DNA from: Rhodospirillaceae bacterium
GTDB taxonomy: Bacteria > Pseudomonadota > Alphaproteobacteria > Rhodospirillales > JABJKH01
Length of the DNA: 64,000 nucleotides
Reading direction: 5' to 3'
Assembly: GCA_018660465.1 (NCBI GenBank)
Contig: JABJKH010000008.1
Span: 74,398 to 138,397 of the forward strand
Shown: positions 26,770 to 36,419 of the stretch, one piece after another
Layout: each line of letters opens with the position of its first letter
How positions within the stretch are numbered: position 1 is the first letter of the stretch
Translations under genes and position numbers: made by a program
Notes under the pieces: generated by a model
Told to the model about the DNA's origin: nothing
Databases searched by the model: none
What the model saw: only the letters and a program-made list of their open reading frames with translations

Positions 26770-27783
26770 GTGAAACTCGGCAGTTTTAACACGAATGCTG
26801 AAGTCCTGATTATCGCCGAGATCGGTAATAATCATGAAGGTGATTTCGATCTCGCCCGTCGGTTGATTGACGAAGCGGCGGAAGCCGGAGTCCAGGCCGT
26901 AAAGTTTCAGACTTTTATTCCGGAGCACTATTCGAGCCAACTAGACTCAGACAGAATCGCAAAACTTAAGGGATTCCAGCTGAGCTTTGAACAGTTCGAG
27001 CAACTGGCTGATCATGCCAGAAAAGCCGGGCAGATGTTCATCTCGACTCCCTTCGATCTTGAGAGCGCGCGATTCTTAGGCGGCCTTGCCGATGGCATCA
27101 AAATCGCCTCAGGCGACAACACGTTCGGCCCGCTGATCAAGACCGTCGCTGAAACCAACAAGCCGATGATCGTGTCGACAGGGCTTGCCGATACCGCGCA
27201 AGTTCAAAACGCTGCCAAGCTTATTCAAGACACTTGGGATGCAAATGGATGCACAGCAGACTTGGCGATCCTGCACTGTGTCGCGAGTTATCCGGTGCCA
27301 CCGAAGGAAGCGAACCTGGCCGCGATTCCCATCCTGGCCGCCGCCTTAAACAATGTCACCATCGGTTATTCTGACCATACGTTAGGCGTGGACGCTCCTG
27401 TCCTGGCAGTGGCCTTAGGCGCGCGCATTGTCGAAAAACACTTCACCATCGACAACAATTATTCAGACTTCCGCGACCACCAAGTCTCTGCCAACCCCGA
27501 AACCCTGAAGGAAATGGTCAAGCGGATTAAGGATACAGAGGTATTCTTAGGCTCCGGTGCGATCGGCATGGAAGACTGCGAACAGCCCATAGAAGCCGCC
27601 ATCCGACGTTCCATCGTCGCCGCCCATAACTTGGCTGCGGGCCATAAGATTCTAGATACGGACATCACCTGGGTACGCCCCGGCGGCGGCATTCCGCCCG
27701 GAGAAGAAGATCGCGTGTTGGGCAAAGAGCTAACCCGCGCGATTAAGCCCGGCGAAATGATTTTGTCTGAAGATTTGGCGTAA
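26770..27783 (+). CDS. Nonulosonic acid synthase (NeuB/PseI/LegI family)
   Basis: ...VLIIAEIGNNHEGDFDLARRLIDEAAEAGVQAVKFQTF... plus a C-terminal SAF domain (...ITWVRPGGGIPPGE...IKPGEMILSEDL). GTG start. Sugar specificity is not resolvable by eye. Confidence 0.85.
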   Translation: MKLGSFNTNAEVLIIAEIGNNHEGDFDLARRLIDEAAEAGVQAVKFQTFIPEHYSSQLDSDRIAKLKGFQLSFEQFEQLADHARKAGQMFISTPFDLESARFLGGLADGIKIASGDNTFGPLIKTVAETNKPMIVSTGLADTAQVQNAAKLIQDTWDANGCTADLAILHCVASYPVPPKEANLAAIPILAAALNNVTIGYSDHTLGVDAPVLAVALGARIVEKHFTIDNNYSDFRDHQVSANPETLKEMVKRIKDTEVFLGSGAIGMEDCEQPIEAAIRRSIVAAHNLAAGHKILDTDITWVRPGGGIPPGEEDRVLGKELTRAIKPGEMILSEDLA

Positions 27784-28502
27784 TGCGCCTCATAATTCTG
27801 ACCACACAAACCCCGCACCACGCCTACTTCGTGCGTGAAATAGCGCGGGAGTTTCCGACCGAACTCATCCTAAATGAGATCACTCCTCTTACCGCACCGT
27901 TCGAAGTCGAGCATCCCTTTGAAACCGAGCGAGATATTTACGAGCAGAAGACTTGGTTTTCCGGCGGCAATCCGTCGTTGGCGGAAGCAAGCGGGTCCGA
28001 AATGCGACCCTTTGCCTCAATGAATGACCCTGAAGCCGTTGAATGTCTGAAGACCCTATCGCCTGACGTGGTCGTGGTGTTTGGCACCGGCCTGTTGCGC
28101 CCGACGGTCATCGCCACGTGTCCTGATGGAATGATCAACCTGCACGGTGGCGATCCAGAAGGATACAGAGGATTGGATACGCATCTCTGGGCCATCTACC
28201 ACGGTGCTTTCGAGGATCTTATCACGACGCTTCATCATGTTGATCCGGCGCTGGACAATGGCGATGTCATTGAGAAAATGAACATCCCCGTGTCCCCCGG
28301 CATGAAGTTGCACGAACTTCGGCGCGCCAATACAGAAGTCTGCGTTGAACTGACAAAAAATGCCCTCAGAATCTATCAGGAGACGGGAAAGTTCGCGTCC
28401 GCCCCCCAGACAGAAAAAGGACGGATGTATTCGTTTATGCCGGAGGTACTGAAAGACCTCTGCGTCAGACGGTTTGAATTTTATACGAGTCGCCTACCAT
28501 GA
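27783..28502 (+). CDS. Formyltransferase-family protein
   Basis: 239 aa with ...DVVVVFGTGLLRPTVIA...MINLHGGDPEGYRGLD...DNGDVI. This is the N-x-H ... D pattern of the formyl_trans_N fold. The start overlaps the preceding stop. Confidence 0.6.
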   Translation: MRLIILTTQTPHHAYFVREIAREFPTELILNEITPLTAPFEVEHPFETERDIYEQKTWFSGGNPSLAEASGSEMRPFASMNDPEAVECLKTLSPDVVVVFGTGLLRPTVIATCPDGMINLHGGDPEGYRGLDTHLWAIYHGAFEDLITTLHHVDPALDNGDVIEKMNIPVSPGMKLHELRRANTEVCVELTKNALRIYQETGKFASAPQTEKGRMYSFMPEVLKDLCVRRFEFYTSRLP

Positions 28503-29416
28503 AATACGGCATGAGATACAGCGACCGCCTGAGCGACGATACCCTCGCCATTCTGCTGTTCCACGGCGTTGTCGAGCATGATTCCCATCCGCTTCGAAAC
28601 TATAACCGCAAGCATTTAGAAAAAGATGCCTTCGCCGACATTCTAAAAGACATGACAGATGAAGGCACCGCGCTATCCCTTGATGATGTGGTAAGATTTC
28701 ATAACGCAGGTGAACCCTATCCGCCGAAGTCGTTTGTCGTGACCTTTGATGACGGGTTTGCCAACAACCTAACCGTCGCCGCCCCTGTGCTTGCAGATTT
28801 TAACGTTCCGGCAACGGTTTATATCACAACAGATTTTGTTGAGAACAATCGGATGTCTTGGATCGATCGTATCGAATGGGCAATCGAAGAAACGCCGAAA
28901 GTCGGGCTCACGCTTCCGTGGAATTCAGAAAGCGTAAATGCGGGCGACGTTGAGGACAAACGCGCCCTTCTTGATGACATTCGGAGCCACGTAAAAAGCG
29001 ATGCCTCAATTGATCCGGATATATTAGCAACCGATATTCAGCTGCAATGCGGCTTGTCCGAAACATGGTCGACCCTCGATCCTCTAGACCTAAAATTGAC
29101 TTGGGAACAAGTGCGGGAATTGGGAAATGATTCTTTGTTCATCGTCGGTGGGCACACACATACCCATGCCATTTTATCATTCCTGGATGAGAATGAGTTG
29201 GCGGATGAACTGGATACCAGCCTGACCCTGCTGCGCGATAACGCCGGTGTGGGGAACACCCATTATTCCTACCCCGAAGGATTGGCGCACTGTTATTCCG
29301 ATACCGTCATAGCCGCTCTCAAGGCGCGCGGCGTGGTGTGTTGCCCGACCGCAATCGATGGCGTCAACACGCCTGATGTCGACCTCTTCAACCTCAAACG
29401 CGTCCCGGTGGTGTAG
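28499..29416 (+). CDS. Polysaccharide deacetylase (NodB-homology) family protein
   Basis: ...FVVTFDDGFANNL...ATVYITTDFV... and ...GGHTHTHAIL are NodB-domain metal and catalytic motifs. The start overlaps the upstream gene by 4 nt. Confidence 0.75.
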   Translation: MKYGMRYSDRLSDDTLAILLFHGVVEHDSHPLRNYNRKHLEKDAFADILKDMTDEGTALSLDDVVRFHNAGEPYPPKSFVVTFDDGFANNLTVAAPVLADFNVPATVYITTDFVENNRMSWIDRIEWAIEETPKVGLTLPWNSESVNAGDVEDKRALLDDIRSHVKSDASIDPDILATDIQLQCGLSETWSTLDPLDLKLTWEQVRELGNDSLFIVGGHTHTHAILSFLDENELADELDTSLTLLRDNAGVGNTHYSYPEGLAHCYSDTVIAALKARGVVCCPTAIDGVNTPDVDLFNLKRVPVV

Positions 29417-29422
29417 AAGCCC

Positions 29423-31267
29423 ATGTGTGGAATAGCGGGCAGCATTGGCCCCACCCTTCCCGGTCGCGATCAAATAAATGCGACCCTTGCGGCACTCGAC
29501 AATCGCGGGCCGGATGCCAATGGTTACTACACCGCTGAGGTCGGCGGCAATCAAGTCTGCCTGATCCACACTCGACTTTCCATTATCGACCTCGACCCCC
29601 GCGCCAATCAGCCTTTTGAGCGCGAAAACTTAGTCCTTGTTTACAATGGAGAGGTTTATAATTACCTCGAAATCCGTTCAGAGCTCGAAATTCTCGGCCA
29701 TAAATTCAGTACAAATTCTGATACCGAAGTTGTCCTTAAATCTTACCAAGAATGGGGCTCAGCCTGCTTTGAGCGGTTCGAAGGCATGTGGGCATTGGCG
29801 ATCCTGGACACCCAAAAAGGCACGGTTATGCTTAGCCGCGACCGCTTTGGTGAGAAGCCTCTATATACATGGGCAGTTGCGGGCACTCTTTATTTCGCTT
29901 CAGGAATCAAAGCCTTAGCCGCACTGAGTGGACTCACGCCAAAAATCAACCAGGACCAAGTAACGCGCTACCTGGTCAACGGCTATAAATTTTTATTCAA
30001 AAAAAATGCACCGGGTTTTTTCGAAAATATCGATGAATTTCCTGCGGCACATTATGCCGAACTCAGCGGCCCAAATATGCCCGACCCCCAGCGTTATTGG
30101 CAACTCACCTACGCTCCAGAATTAATGACAATGGACGACGCGATTGAAGGTGCCAGAGAGCGATTATTTAAATCAGTTGAACTTCGCCTTCGGGCGGATG
30201 TCCCCCTCGCCTTCTGCCTTAGTGGCGGAATTGATTCGTGCACGCTTGCGGGAATCGCGGCCAAACATTTCAACCACGATATCCATTGCTTCTCCGTAAT
30301 CGACAGTGACGAGCGCTACGACGAACGGGACAACATCCGAACTATGGTCGATCACATGGGGTGCGAGCACTTCGAGCTTCACACCTCCACCGATGGCTTC
30401 TTTGAACGGATGGAACGCTTGGTAAACGATCATGACTCGCCGGTAGGAACCATCAGCTATTACGTTCATTCGTTCCTCTCCGAAGCCATTCATGACCAAG
30501 GCTATAAAATTGCCGTTTCGGGGACGGCGGCGGATGAACTGTTCACGGGTTACTATGATCACTATTCCATGTGGTTAGCGTATATGAAGGCAAATACGGA
30601 TGCTGATTTCGAGCAATTGGTGGATGACTGGAAGAACAGCTACGGCGCGGTCGTTAACAATCCGAAACTCCAGGACCCGCTTGCCTTTCTGAAAAATCCC
30701 GACCAACGCGACCACATTCTCTTGGATACAGGCCTGTTCGAATCGTTTCTAAGCCGTGATCAATATGAAAACTGGCATGAAGACTGGTCAGAAGAGACCT
30801 ACTGCGACGACCTGCTGCGCAACCGCATGATGAACGAACTGTTTCATGAATCCGTGCCGTTTATCCTGAACGAAGACGACGCCAATTCCATGGCCTGGTC
30901 AGTGGAAAATCGCTCACCTTATCTAGATCGGGATTTGGCCGAATTTATGTACACGGTCCCCAATGATCACCTGATCCAGGATGGCTACGCCAAGTGGTTG
31001 TTGCGCGAAGCCGGGAAGGACGTATTGCCAGACGCCATTCGCCAATACAAACGCAAGCACGGCTTTAACGCCTCCATCGATTCCCTGGTTGATCGCAATG
31101 ACGCAGAGACCCGAGACCGCCTGCTGAGCGACAGCCCAATCTTCGATATCGTAGACCGATCAGCGATTGAGAGGTTCTTAGACGGATCAATGGAGAGCAA
31201 CAGTTTCAGCAAATTTCTCTTCAGCTTCATATCGGCAAAATTGTTTCTTGAGAGTTCGTCCGCATGA
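29423..31267 (+). CDS. asnB: Asparagine synthase (glutamine-hydrolysing)-like amidotransferase
   Basis: N-terminal nucleophile MCGIAG and PP-loop LSGGIDSCT, 614 aa. Its island context suggests a sugar-modifying (PseA-like) role rather than Asn synthesis. Confidence 0.8.
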   Translation: MCGIAGSIGPTLPGRDQINATLAALDNRGPDANGYYTAEVGGNQVCLIHTRLSIIDLDPRANQPFERENLVLVYNGEVYNYLEIRSELEILGHKFSTNSDTEVVLKSYQEWGSACFERFEGMWALAILDTQKGTVMLSRDRFGEKPLYTWAVAGTLYFASGIKALAALSGLTPKINQDQVTRYLVNGYKFLFKKNAPGFFENIDEFPAAHYAELSGPNMPDPQRYWQLTYAPELMTMDDAIEGARERLFKSVELRLRADVPLAFCLSGGIDSCTLAGIAAKHFNHDIHCFSVIDSDERYDERDNIRTMVDHMGCEHFELHTSTDGFFERMERLVNDHDSPVGTISYYVHSFLSEAIHDQGYKIAVSGTAADELFTGYYDHYSMWLAYMKANTDADFEQLVDDWKNSYGAVVNNPKLQDPLAFLKNPDQRDHILLDTGLFESFLSRDQYENWHEDWSEETYCDDLLRNRMMNELFHESVPFILNEDDANSMAWSVENRSPYLDRDLAEFMYTVPNDHLIQDGYAKWLLREAGKDVLPDAIRQYKRKHGFNASIDSLVDRNDAETRDRLLSDSPIFDIVDRSAIERFLDGSMESNSFSKFLFSFISAKLFLESSSA

Positions 31268-31968
31268 AAACCGTTGCCGTCATTCAAGCGCGCTATACAT
31301 CGACCCGATTGCCGGGCAAGGTCTTAATGAATCTCGCAGGAAAACCCGTGCTCACCCATATTATTGATCGATTGCGCGCGGTTGAGGCAATTGACGAAAT
31401 TTGCCTTTCCATCCCAGATGGCGACGCGCAACAGCCCCTGCTCGACTTCGCAGCAACCGTTGACGGGCTGACCGTTTCTAGCGGGCCTGATGAAGACCTG
31501 ATCCGCCGCTTCGCGAATGCGGTAGAAGAAACTGGGGCCGATACCGTTGTCCGTGCCTGGGCAGATTGCCCCGCGGTTAACCCGACCAGCACTGCCGCCC
31601 TTATCGCCGCGTTCCACAATGAAAATGTCGCTTATGCTGAAATCCCCAATGATAGTGGTTACCCGGAAGGCTTTGAGGTGCATGTTCTCTCGGCAGCCAC
31701 AATCAGGACGGTCGATGCCGGCGCAACCGACCCGTTTGACCGAGAAGCCATCATTCCGTTTCTAACCCGTTACCCGAAGCGCTTTTCGTGCCTGCGCCTG
31801 AACAGGTCGCCTTCGCGCAACGATATAAAACTACTTTTGGACACACCGGAAGATTATGAGAAACTAAAAAAGATCTTCGATGTGCTGTATCCAAAGAACC
31901 CTCTCTTTGGATTGACGGAAATTGAGGGCCTGGGTGATGAGTTCCTAAAAAATTTGGAGACGGCTTAG
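31264..31968 (+). CDS. Cytidylyltransferase (SpsF/acylneuraminate cytidylyltransferase family)
   Basis: MKTVAVIQARYTSTRLPGKVLMNLAGKPVL... is the CTP_transf_3 N-terminal signature. The start overlaps the asnB-like stop by 4 nt. Confidence 0.75.
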   Translation: MKTVAVIQARYTSTRLPGKVLMNLAGKPVLTHIIDRLRAVEAIDEICLSIPDGDAQQPLLDFAATVDGLTVSSGPDEDLIRRFANAVEETGADTVVRAWADCPAVNPTSTAALIAAFHNENVAYAEIPNDSGYPEGFEVHVLSAATIRTVDAGATDPFDREAIIPFLTRYPKRFSCLRLNRSPSRNDIKLLLDTPEDYEKLKKIFDVLYPKNPLFGLTEIEGLGDEFLKNLETA

Positions 31969-31969
31969 C

Positions 31970-34126
31970 ATGGGGCGCTCAAAATTACGGAAGAAAAAAA
32001 AGACCCCGCAGGGTAGTTCGATCAACCTTGTGAAGACACTCGAAGAAACCATTGCGCATTATAAGGCTGGGCGTCTTGTAGAATGCCTTCAGGGATGCCG
32101 CAAAATCCTCACGGTCGACAAGCATAACCCAAATATATTTAAACTTGCTGGAGATCTGGAAGCTAAAGTCGGTGATCCTATCCAGGCAGAGGACTATCTA
32201 AACGCCGCCGTTAAGTTTGCTCCCCGGGACGCCGATGCTCATTACCTGCTGGCCGGCGCTCAAATGACGAATGGCCGGATTGAAAACGCCATCAAAAGTT
32301 ATAATTCGGCGCTTCAAATTAGACCGGACTATATTGAGGCCTACAATAACCTAGCAATAGCCGAGATGAGCATGGGTGATTACGAGTCTGCCCAAGGCAG
32401 TCTCCAGAGCTTGATAGGACTAAAGCCAGATCACGCAACGGCACACTATAATCTTGGCTCAATCTTTATGCGTCAGGACCGTATAATTGATGCGATCCAG
32501 TCCGTGCGCCAAGCCATAAGATACGCGCCTGATGAGCAAAATTACTGGGGGTATCTGATACATCTGTACAACATGCTCCCCGACATCGAACTTGATGATG
32601 AGATGAAGGGTGACGTGGCCTCCATCATTACATCGCATGACCTTAGCCTCGCGCCGATCACGGCCCTAGCTTGTAAGTTTATCCTAAACGATCCGGAAGT
32701 AAGGAAATTGATCGCCAAGGCAACGGCGTCGATTGATACCTTTGCCATTGAGGAATGGCTATCCGACGAAACTCTAAACGCACTCAGCCAACCCATCATA
32801 CAATCTTATGTCGCCCGGGCGCGATTGATAGAAGTTGGTTTTGAACGCGTGTTAACGAACGTCCGACGGGCGATTCTTTTAAGTTCGAACGGCCCCCCGA
32901 TAAACATTGATTTATTATCCGCAATTGCAGACCAGTGCTTTTACAATGAATATGTCTTCCTCATTTCAGATGAAGAGGCCAATGCACTTATCCGCTTAGA
33001 GCAACACATGACATCAACTCTGGCGGACGGCGACAAACTTCAACCCGAAGAAATTGCCATTTATGCATCCTACAAGGCGCTGTTTAAATTGCCGGGTTTC
33101 AGTAAAAACGTCGCTAAAGATCACGCTCTCCTCCATCCTGACGTGTCCGGTTTAATTCAGCACCAAATTCTCGAACCGCTTTCTGAGCGAGAGATAATTA
33201 TTGAAATCCCCAGCATCTCTGAGATTTCAGATCAGGTTTCGCAGAAAGTCCGCGCACAATATGAAGAAAATCCGTTTCCCCGCTGGCGCAATTTTGAAAA
33301 ATCCGTTGTCGTTAGCCTGAAACATTACCTCAAGAACATGTTTAATGTCGGAGAGGAAGGCGACGAATTTCCATCATCCCCCCGCATCTTAGTTGCAGGA
33401 TGTGGAACTGGGCGCCACCCCATAGCCGTGGCACAAACCATCGAAAAATGTCATGTTTTAGCCGTCGACTTAAGTCAGGCAAGCATTGCGTATGGATGGC
33501 GAAAAGCCCGTGAATACGAGGTAAAGAACATTGAATTCAAGCATGGGGATATATTGAGTTTGGGGGAGTTACAGACTGAATTCGATATGATCGAATGCAG
33601 CGGTGTCCTGCATCATATGGAGAATCCTGAAGCGGGCTGGAAAGTTCTCACCGGGCTTCTTTCGCCATCAGGCTATATGAAGGTAGGTCTCTATAGTGAA
33701 CTGGCGCGCCAAAATGTGGTGGTGGCAGCCCGGTCATTCATCGCAGAACGCGGCATTCCCTCGACGATCGAAGGGATCAGAGAATTTAGAAAATTGGTGT
33801 TTGAGATGCCCGACGACCACCCCGTAAAATCGGTTGTTTCCTACCTTGATTTCTTCACGGCGTCAGACTGCAGGGACCTGTTGTTTCACGTTCAGGAACA
33901 CAGGTTTACAATTTCGCGGATAAGGACAGCCCTGGCTAACTTAAATTTAGAATTTTGCGGATTTCATTTTGCTGGCCAAAATACCGAAATAGCAGCGTAC
34001 AAAGAGGCCTATCCCGATGACCCCAGTTGTTTATCTCTTGATAACTGGGAAGCCTTTGAGGACAAAAACCCCAACACCTTCGCCGCGATGTATAACTTCT
34101 TCGTGAGAAAGGCACCCGCTAATTGA
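31970..34126 (+). CDS. TPR-repeat / class I SAM-dependent methyltransferase fusion protein
   Basis: The N-terminal roughly 200 aa carry TPR repeats (...AIKSYNSALQIRPDYIEAYNNLAIAEMSMGDYESAQGSLQSLIGLKPDHATAHYNLG...). The C-terminal part has ILVAGCGTGRHPI...DMIECSGVLHHMENP (motifs I and post-II of class I methyltransferases). Confidence 0.75.
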   Translation: MGRSKLRKKKKTPQGSSINLVKTLEETIAHYKAGRLVECLQGCRKILTVDKHNPNIFKLAGDLEAKVGDPIQAEDYLNAAVKFAPRDADAHYLLAGAQMTNGRIENAIKSYNSALQIRPDYIEAYNNLAIAEMSMGDYESAQGSLQSLIGLKPDHATAHYNLGSIFMRQDRIIDAIQSVRQAIRYAPDEQNYWGYLIHLYNMLPDIELDDEMKGDVASIITSHDLSLAPITALACKFILNDPEVRKLIAKATASIDTFAIEEWLSDETLNALSQPIIQSYVARARLIEVGFERVLTNVRRAILLSSNGPPINIDLLSAIADQCFYNEYVFLISDEEANALIRLEQHMTSTLADGDKLQPEEIAIYASYKALFKLPGFSKNVAKDHALLHPDVSGLIQHQILEPLSEREIIIEIPSISEISDQVSQKVRAQYEENPFPRWRNFEKSVVVSLKHYLKNMFNVGEEGDEFPSSPRILVAGCGTGRHPIAVAQTIEKCHVLAVDLSQASIAYGWRKAREYEVKNIEFKHGDILSLGELQTEFDMIECSGVLHHMENPEAGWKVLTGLLSPSGYMKVGLYSELARQNVVVAARSFIAERGIPSTIEGIREFRKLVFEMPDDHPVKSVVSYLDFFTASDCRDLLFHVQEHRFTISRIRTALANLNLEFCGFHFAGQNTEIAAYKEAYPDDPSCLSLDNWEAFEDKNPNTFAAMYNFFVRKAPAN

Positions 34127-35139
34127 CCCTAGAAAAGTCCCCCATTCTCACGGCCGTCGTTGGTCTTGGTGTTGGTGAACAGCACGCCCATATGTATGCC
34201 GAACTTGAGACCTGTCGCGTAAAGTGGCTTTACGATATGTCTCGAGAGCATGCGGATGAGGTCTCGGCGCGTGTCGGACAAGGGGACGTTGCAAATAGTT
34301 TCGAGCAAATTTTGTCTGACACGGATGTATCTATCGTCTCCCTCGCGACCTTCGACCATATGCATTTTGACGAGGTCATTGCCGCGTTCAACGCGGGCAA
34401 GCACGTGTTCGTTGAAAAGCCATTGTGCCGGACCCTAGAAGAATTGGCGACGCTCGAAAAATCCTGGCAATCCAACGGCCATCCCCACCTGCAATCGAAC
34501 TTGGTTTTGCGCGAAGCTCCCGTCTACAGGCAACTCAAAGAAATGATAGAGCGCGGTGAACTTGGGTCGATCTACGCCATCGATGGGGATTACCTGTATG
34601 GTCGCCTGCATAAGATCACCGAAGGCTGGCGCGAAAATGTGCCTGACTACTCCGTCATGGAAGGCGGTGGCATTCATATGATTGATCTGATGGTCTGGCT
34701 GGCAAGCGAACGCCCGGAAGCCGTGACCACCGTCGGGAACAATATCAGCACGCGGGAGACCTCGTTCGACTACAACGACTTCATGGCATCGACATTTGAA
34801 TTTCCCTCAGGTCTTATTGGACGCATTACCGCAAACTTTGGCAGTGTTCATCGCCACCATCACGTGCTCCGCGTGTTCGGCACCGAAGCGACCTTTATCT
34901 ATGACGACATGGGCCCCAGAATTCACCGAACACGGGATGAAGACGCGCGGGCAGAGATTTTGGACGTGGAGACCTTACCCAACCACAAAGGTGCACTCAT
35001 TCCAGGCTTTATCGACGCCATCTTAGCTGGCACCGATCCAGCCCCCGCCGCGCACCGAGAATTTGATTTGATTAGTATTTGCGGGGCGGCCGATATGGCC
35101 CTCGCCGCCAAGAAATCTGTGGAGATAGACTACCTATGA
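34123..35139 (+). CDS. Gfo/Idh/MocA family oxidoreductase
   Basis: N-terminal Rossmann region (...AVVGLGVGEQHA...) and the ...GKHVFVEKPL... motif, 338 aa. Confidence 0.75.
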   Translation: MTLEKSPILTAVVGLGVGEQHAHMYAELETCRVKWLYDMSREHADEVSARVGQGDVANSFEQILSDTDVSIVSLATFDHMHFDEVIAAFNAGKHVFVEKPLCRTLEELATLEKSWQSNGHPHLQSNLVLREAPVYRQLKEMIERGELGSIYAIDGDYLYGRLHKITEGWRENVPDYSVMEGGGIHMIDLMVWLASERPEAVTTVGNNISTRETSFDYNDFMASTFEFPSGLIGRITANFGSVHRHHHVLRVFGTEATFIYDDMGPRIHRTRDEDARAEILDVETLPNHKGALIPGFIDAILAGTDPAPAAHREFDLISICGAADMALAAKKSVEIDYL

Positions 35140-36296
35140 CGAGTGCTCGAGATATCCCCTTTGGACGCCCCTGGATCACCGACGAAGACCGCGCGGCGGT
35201 GATGGAGGTCTTAAACGGCCATATCCTTACTCACGGCCCCAACTGTGCTGGGTTTGAGACTGAATTCGCTGAAATGATGGGTGCAGGCCATGCGACCAGC
35301 ACGTCGTCGTGCATGGCAGCACTACATCTTTGTTATCTTCACTTGGGCGTCGGGCCCGGCGATGAAGTCATTGTCCCGGCGCAAACCCACGTCGCGACGG
35401 TTCATGCGGTCGAACTGACAGGGGCGACCCCGGTGTTTGTGGATTGCGACCTTGAGACCGGAAATATGAACATCAACAAGATCGAAGAAGCCATCACCGA
35501 TAAGACCAAAGCCATTGGCATTGTTCACTTCGTCGGCATTCCCATGGCCATGCCGGATGTGATGGCCATCGCTGATAAACATGATTTGAAAGTGATTGAG
35601 GACTGCGCCCTGGCCGTCGGCGCGCGATACGATGGCCGCCACGTAGGCCTGTTCGGTGAAGCAGGCTGTTATTCGTTTTATCCCGTCAAACACATCACCA
35701 GCGGCGAAGGGGGCATGTTCGTTTCCCAATACGACGATGTGGTAAAAAAAGTCGCCAACTTCCGCGCCTTTAGCTACGACAAATCTCTTAAAGAGCGCAC
35801 GGCCCTGGGCATTTACGATGTCAGCAATGTTGGTATGAATTATCGGATGAGTGAATTGCAAGCTGCCCTTGGTCGGAGCCAAATCAAGAAAATTCCTGAT
35901 ATTCTCAGCAAGCGGTCGGCAAATTTTAACGCGCTTAAGGCGGCACTTGGAAACATTGAGGACGTGCTGGTTCTCGATTCCACAGACTCAAAATCTGATA
36001 ACAGCCATTATTGTCTTATTGCAGTTTTGACCGGCAAAGCTGCCGAAAACCGCAATGAAATTGTCTCTGAATTTAAAAAGCGCCAACTTGGGTATAGCAT
36101 TTACTACCCACATCCCGTGCCCCGGCTTGCGTACTACCAAGAAAAGTATGGCTACAATGCGAAAGATTTCCCAAATGCCGCCGCCATCAGCGACCACGGC
36201 ATCGCTTTACCCGTCGGCCCGCACCTAAACGAAGAAGATATGGCGTACATCGGCGCTATTTTTGCAGATGTTAAAACCTCGTTAACTGAATCCTGA
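35136..36296 (+). CDS. DegT/DnrJ/EryC1/StrS family sugar aminotransferase
   Basis: ...IPFGRPWITDEDRAAV... and the PLP-lysine context FYPVKHITSGEGG. The start is set at ATG 35136 (ATGA overlap with the upstream stop), not 35079. Confidence 0.85.
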   Translation: MTSARDIPFGRPWITDEDRAAVMEVLNGHILTHGPNCAGFETEFAEMMGAGHATSTSSCMAALHLCYLHLGVGPGDEVIVPAQTHVATVHAVELTGATPVFVDCDLETGNMNINKIEEAITDKTKAIGIVHFVGIPMAMPDVMAIADKHDLKVIEDCALAVGARYDGRHVGLFGEAGCYSFYPVKHITSGEGGMFVSQYDDVVKKVANFRAFSYDKSLKERTALGIYDVSNVGMNYRMSELQAALGRSQIKKIPDILSKRSANFNALKAALGNIEDVLVLDSTDSKSDNSHYCLIAVLTGKAAENRNEIVSEFKKRQLGYSIYYPHPVPRLAYYQEKYGYNAKDFPNAAAISDHGIALPVGPHLNEEDMAYIGAIFADVKTSLTES

Positions 36297-36419
36297 GTAT
36301 GGTGCCAATTGAAATTTTGTCTTAAGAATGGTACAGACCAAAGATAGCAAAACGCTATTGTCAAAGTTTCCCGTCGAGAATTAGACGGTGTAAGGTGTAC
36401 TCAGAACGAGGAGAAAGAG

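Noticed and set aside
35322-35882. 186-aa minus-strand ORF
   Set aside because: It is antisense to the DegT-family aminotransferase, and its translation shows no motifs.
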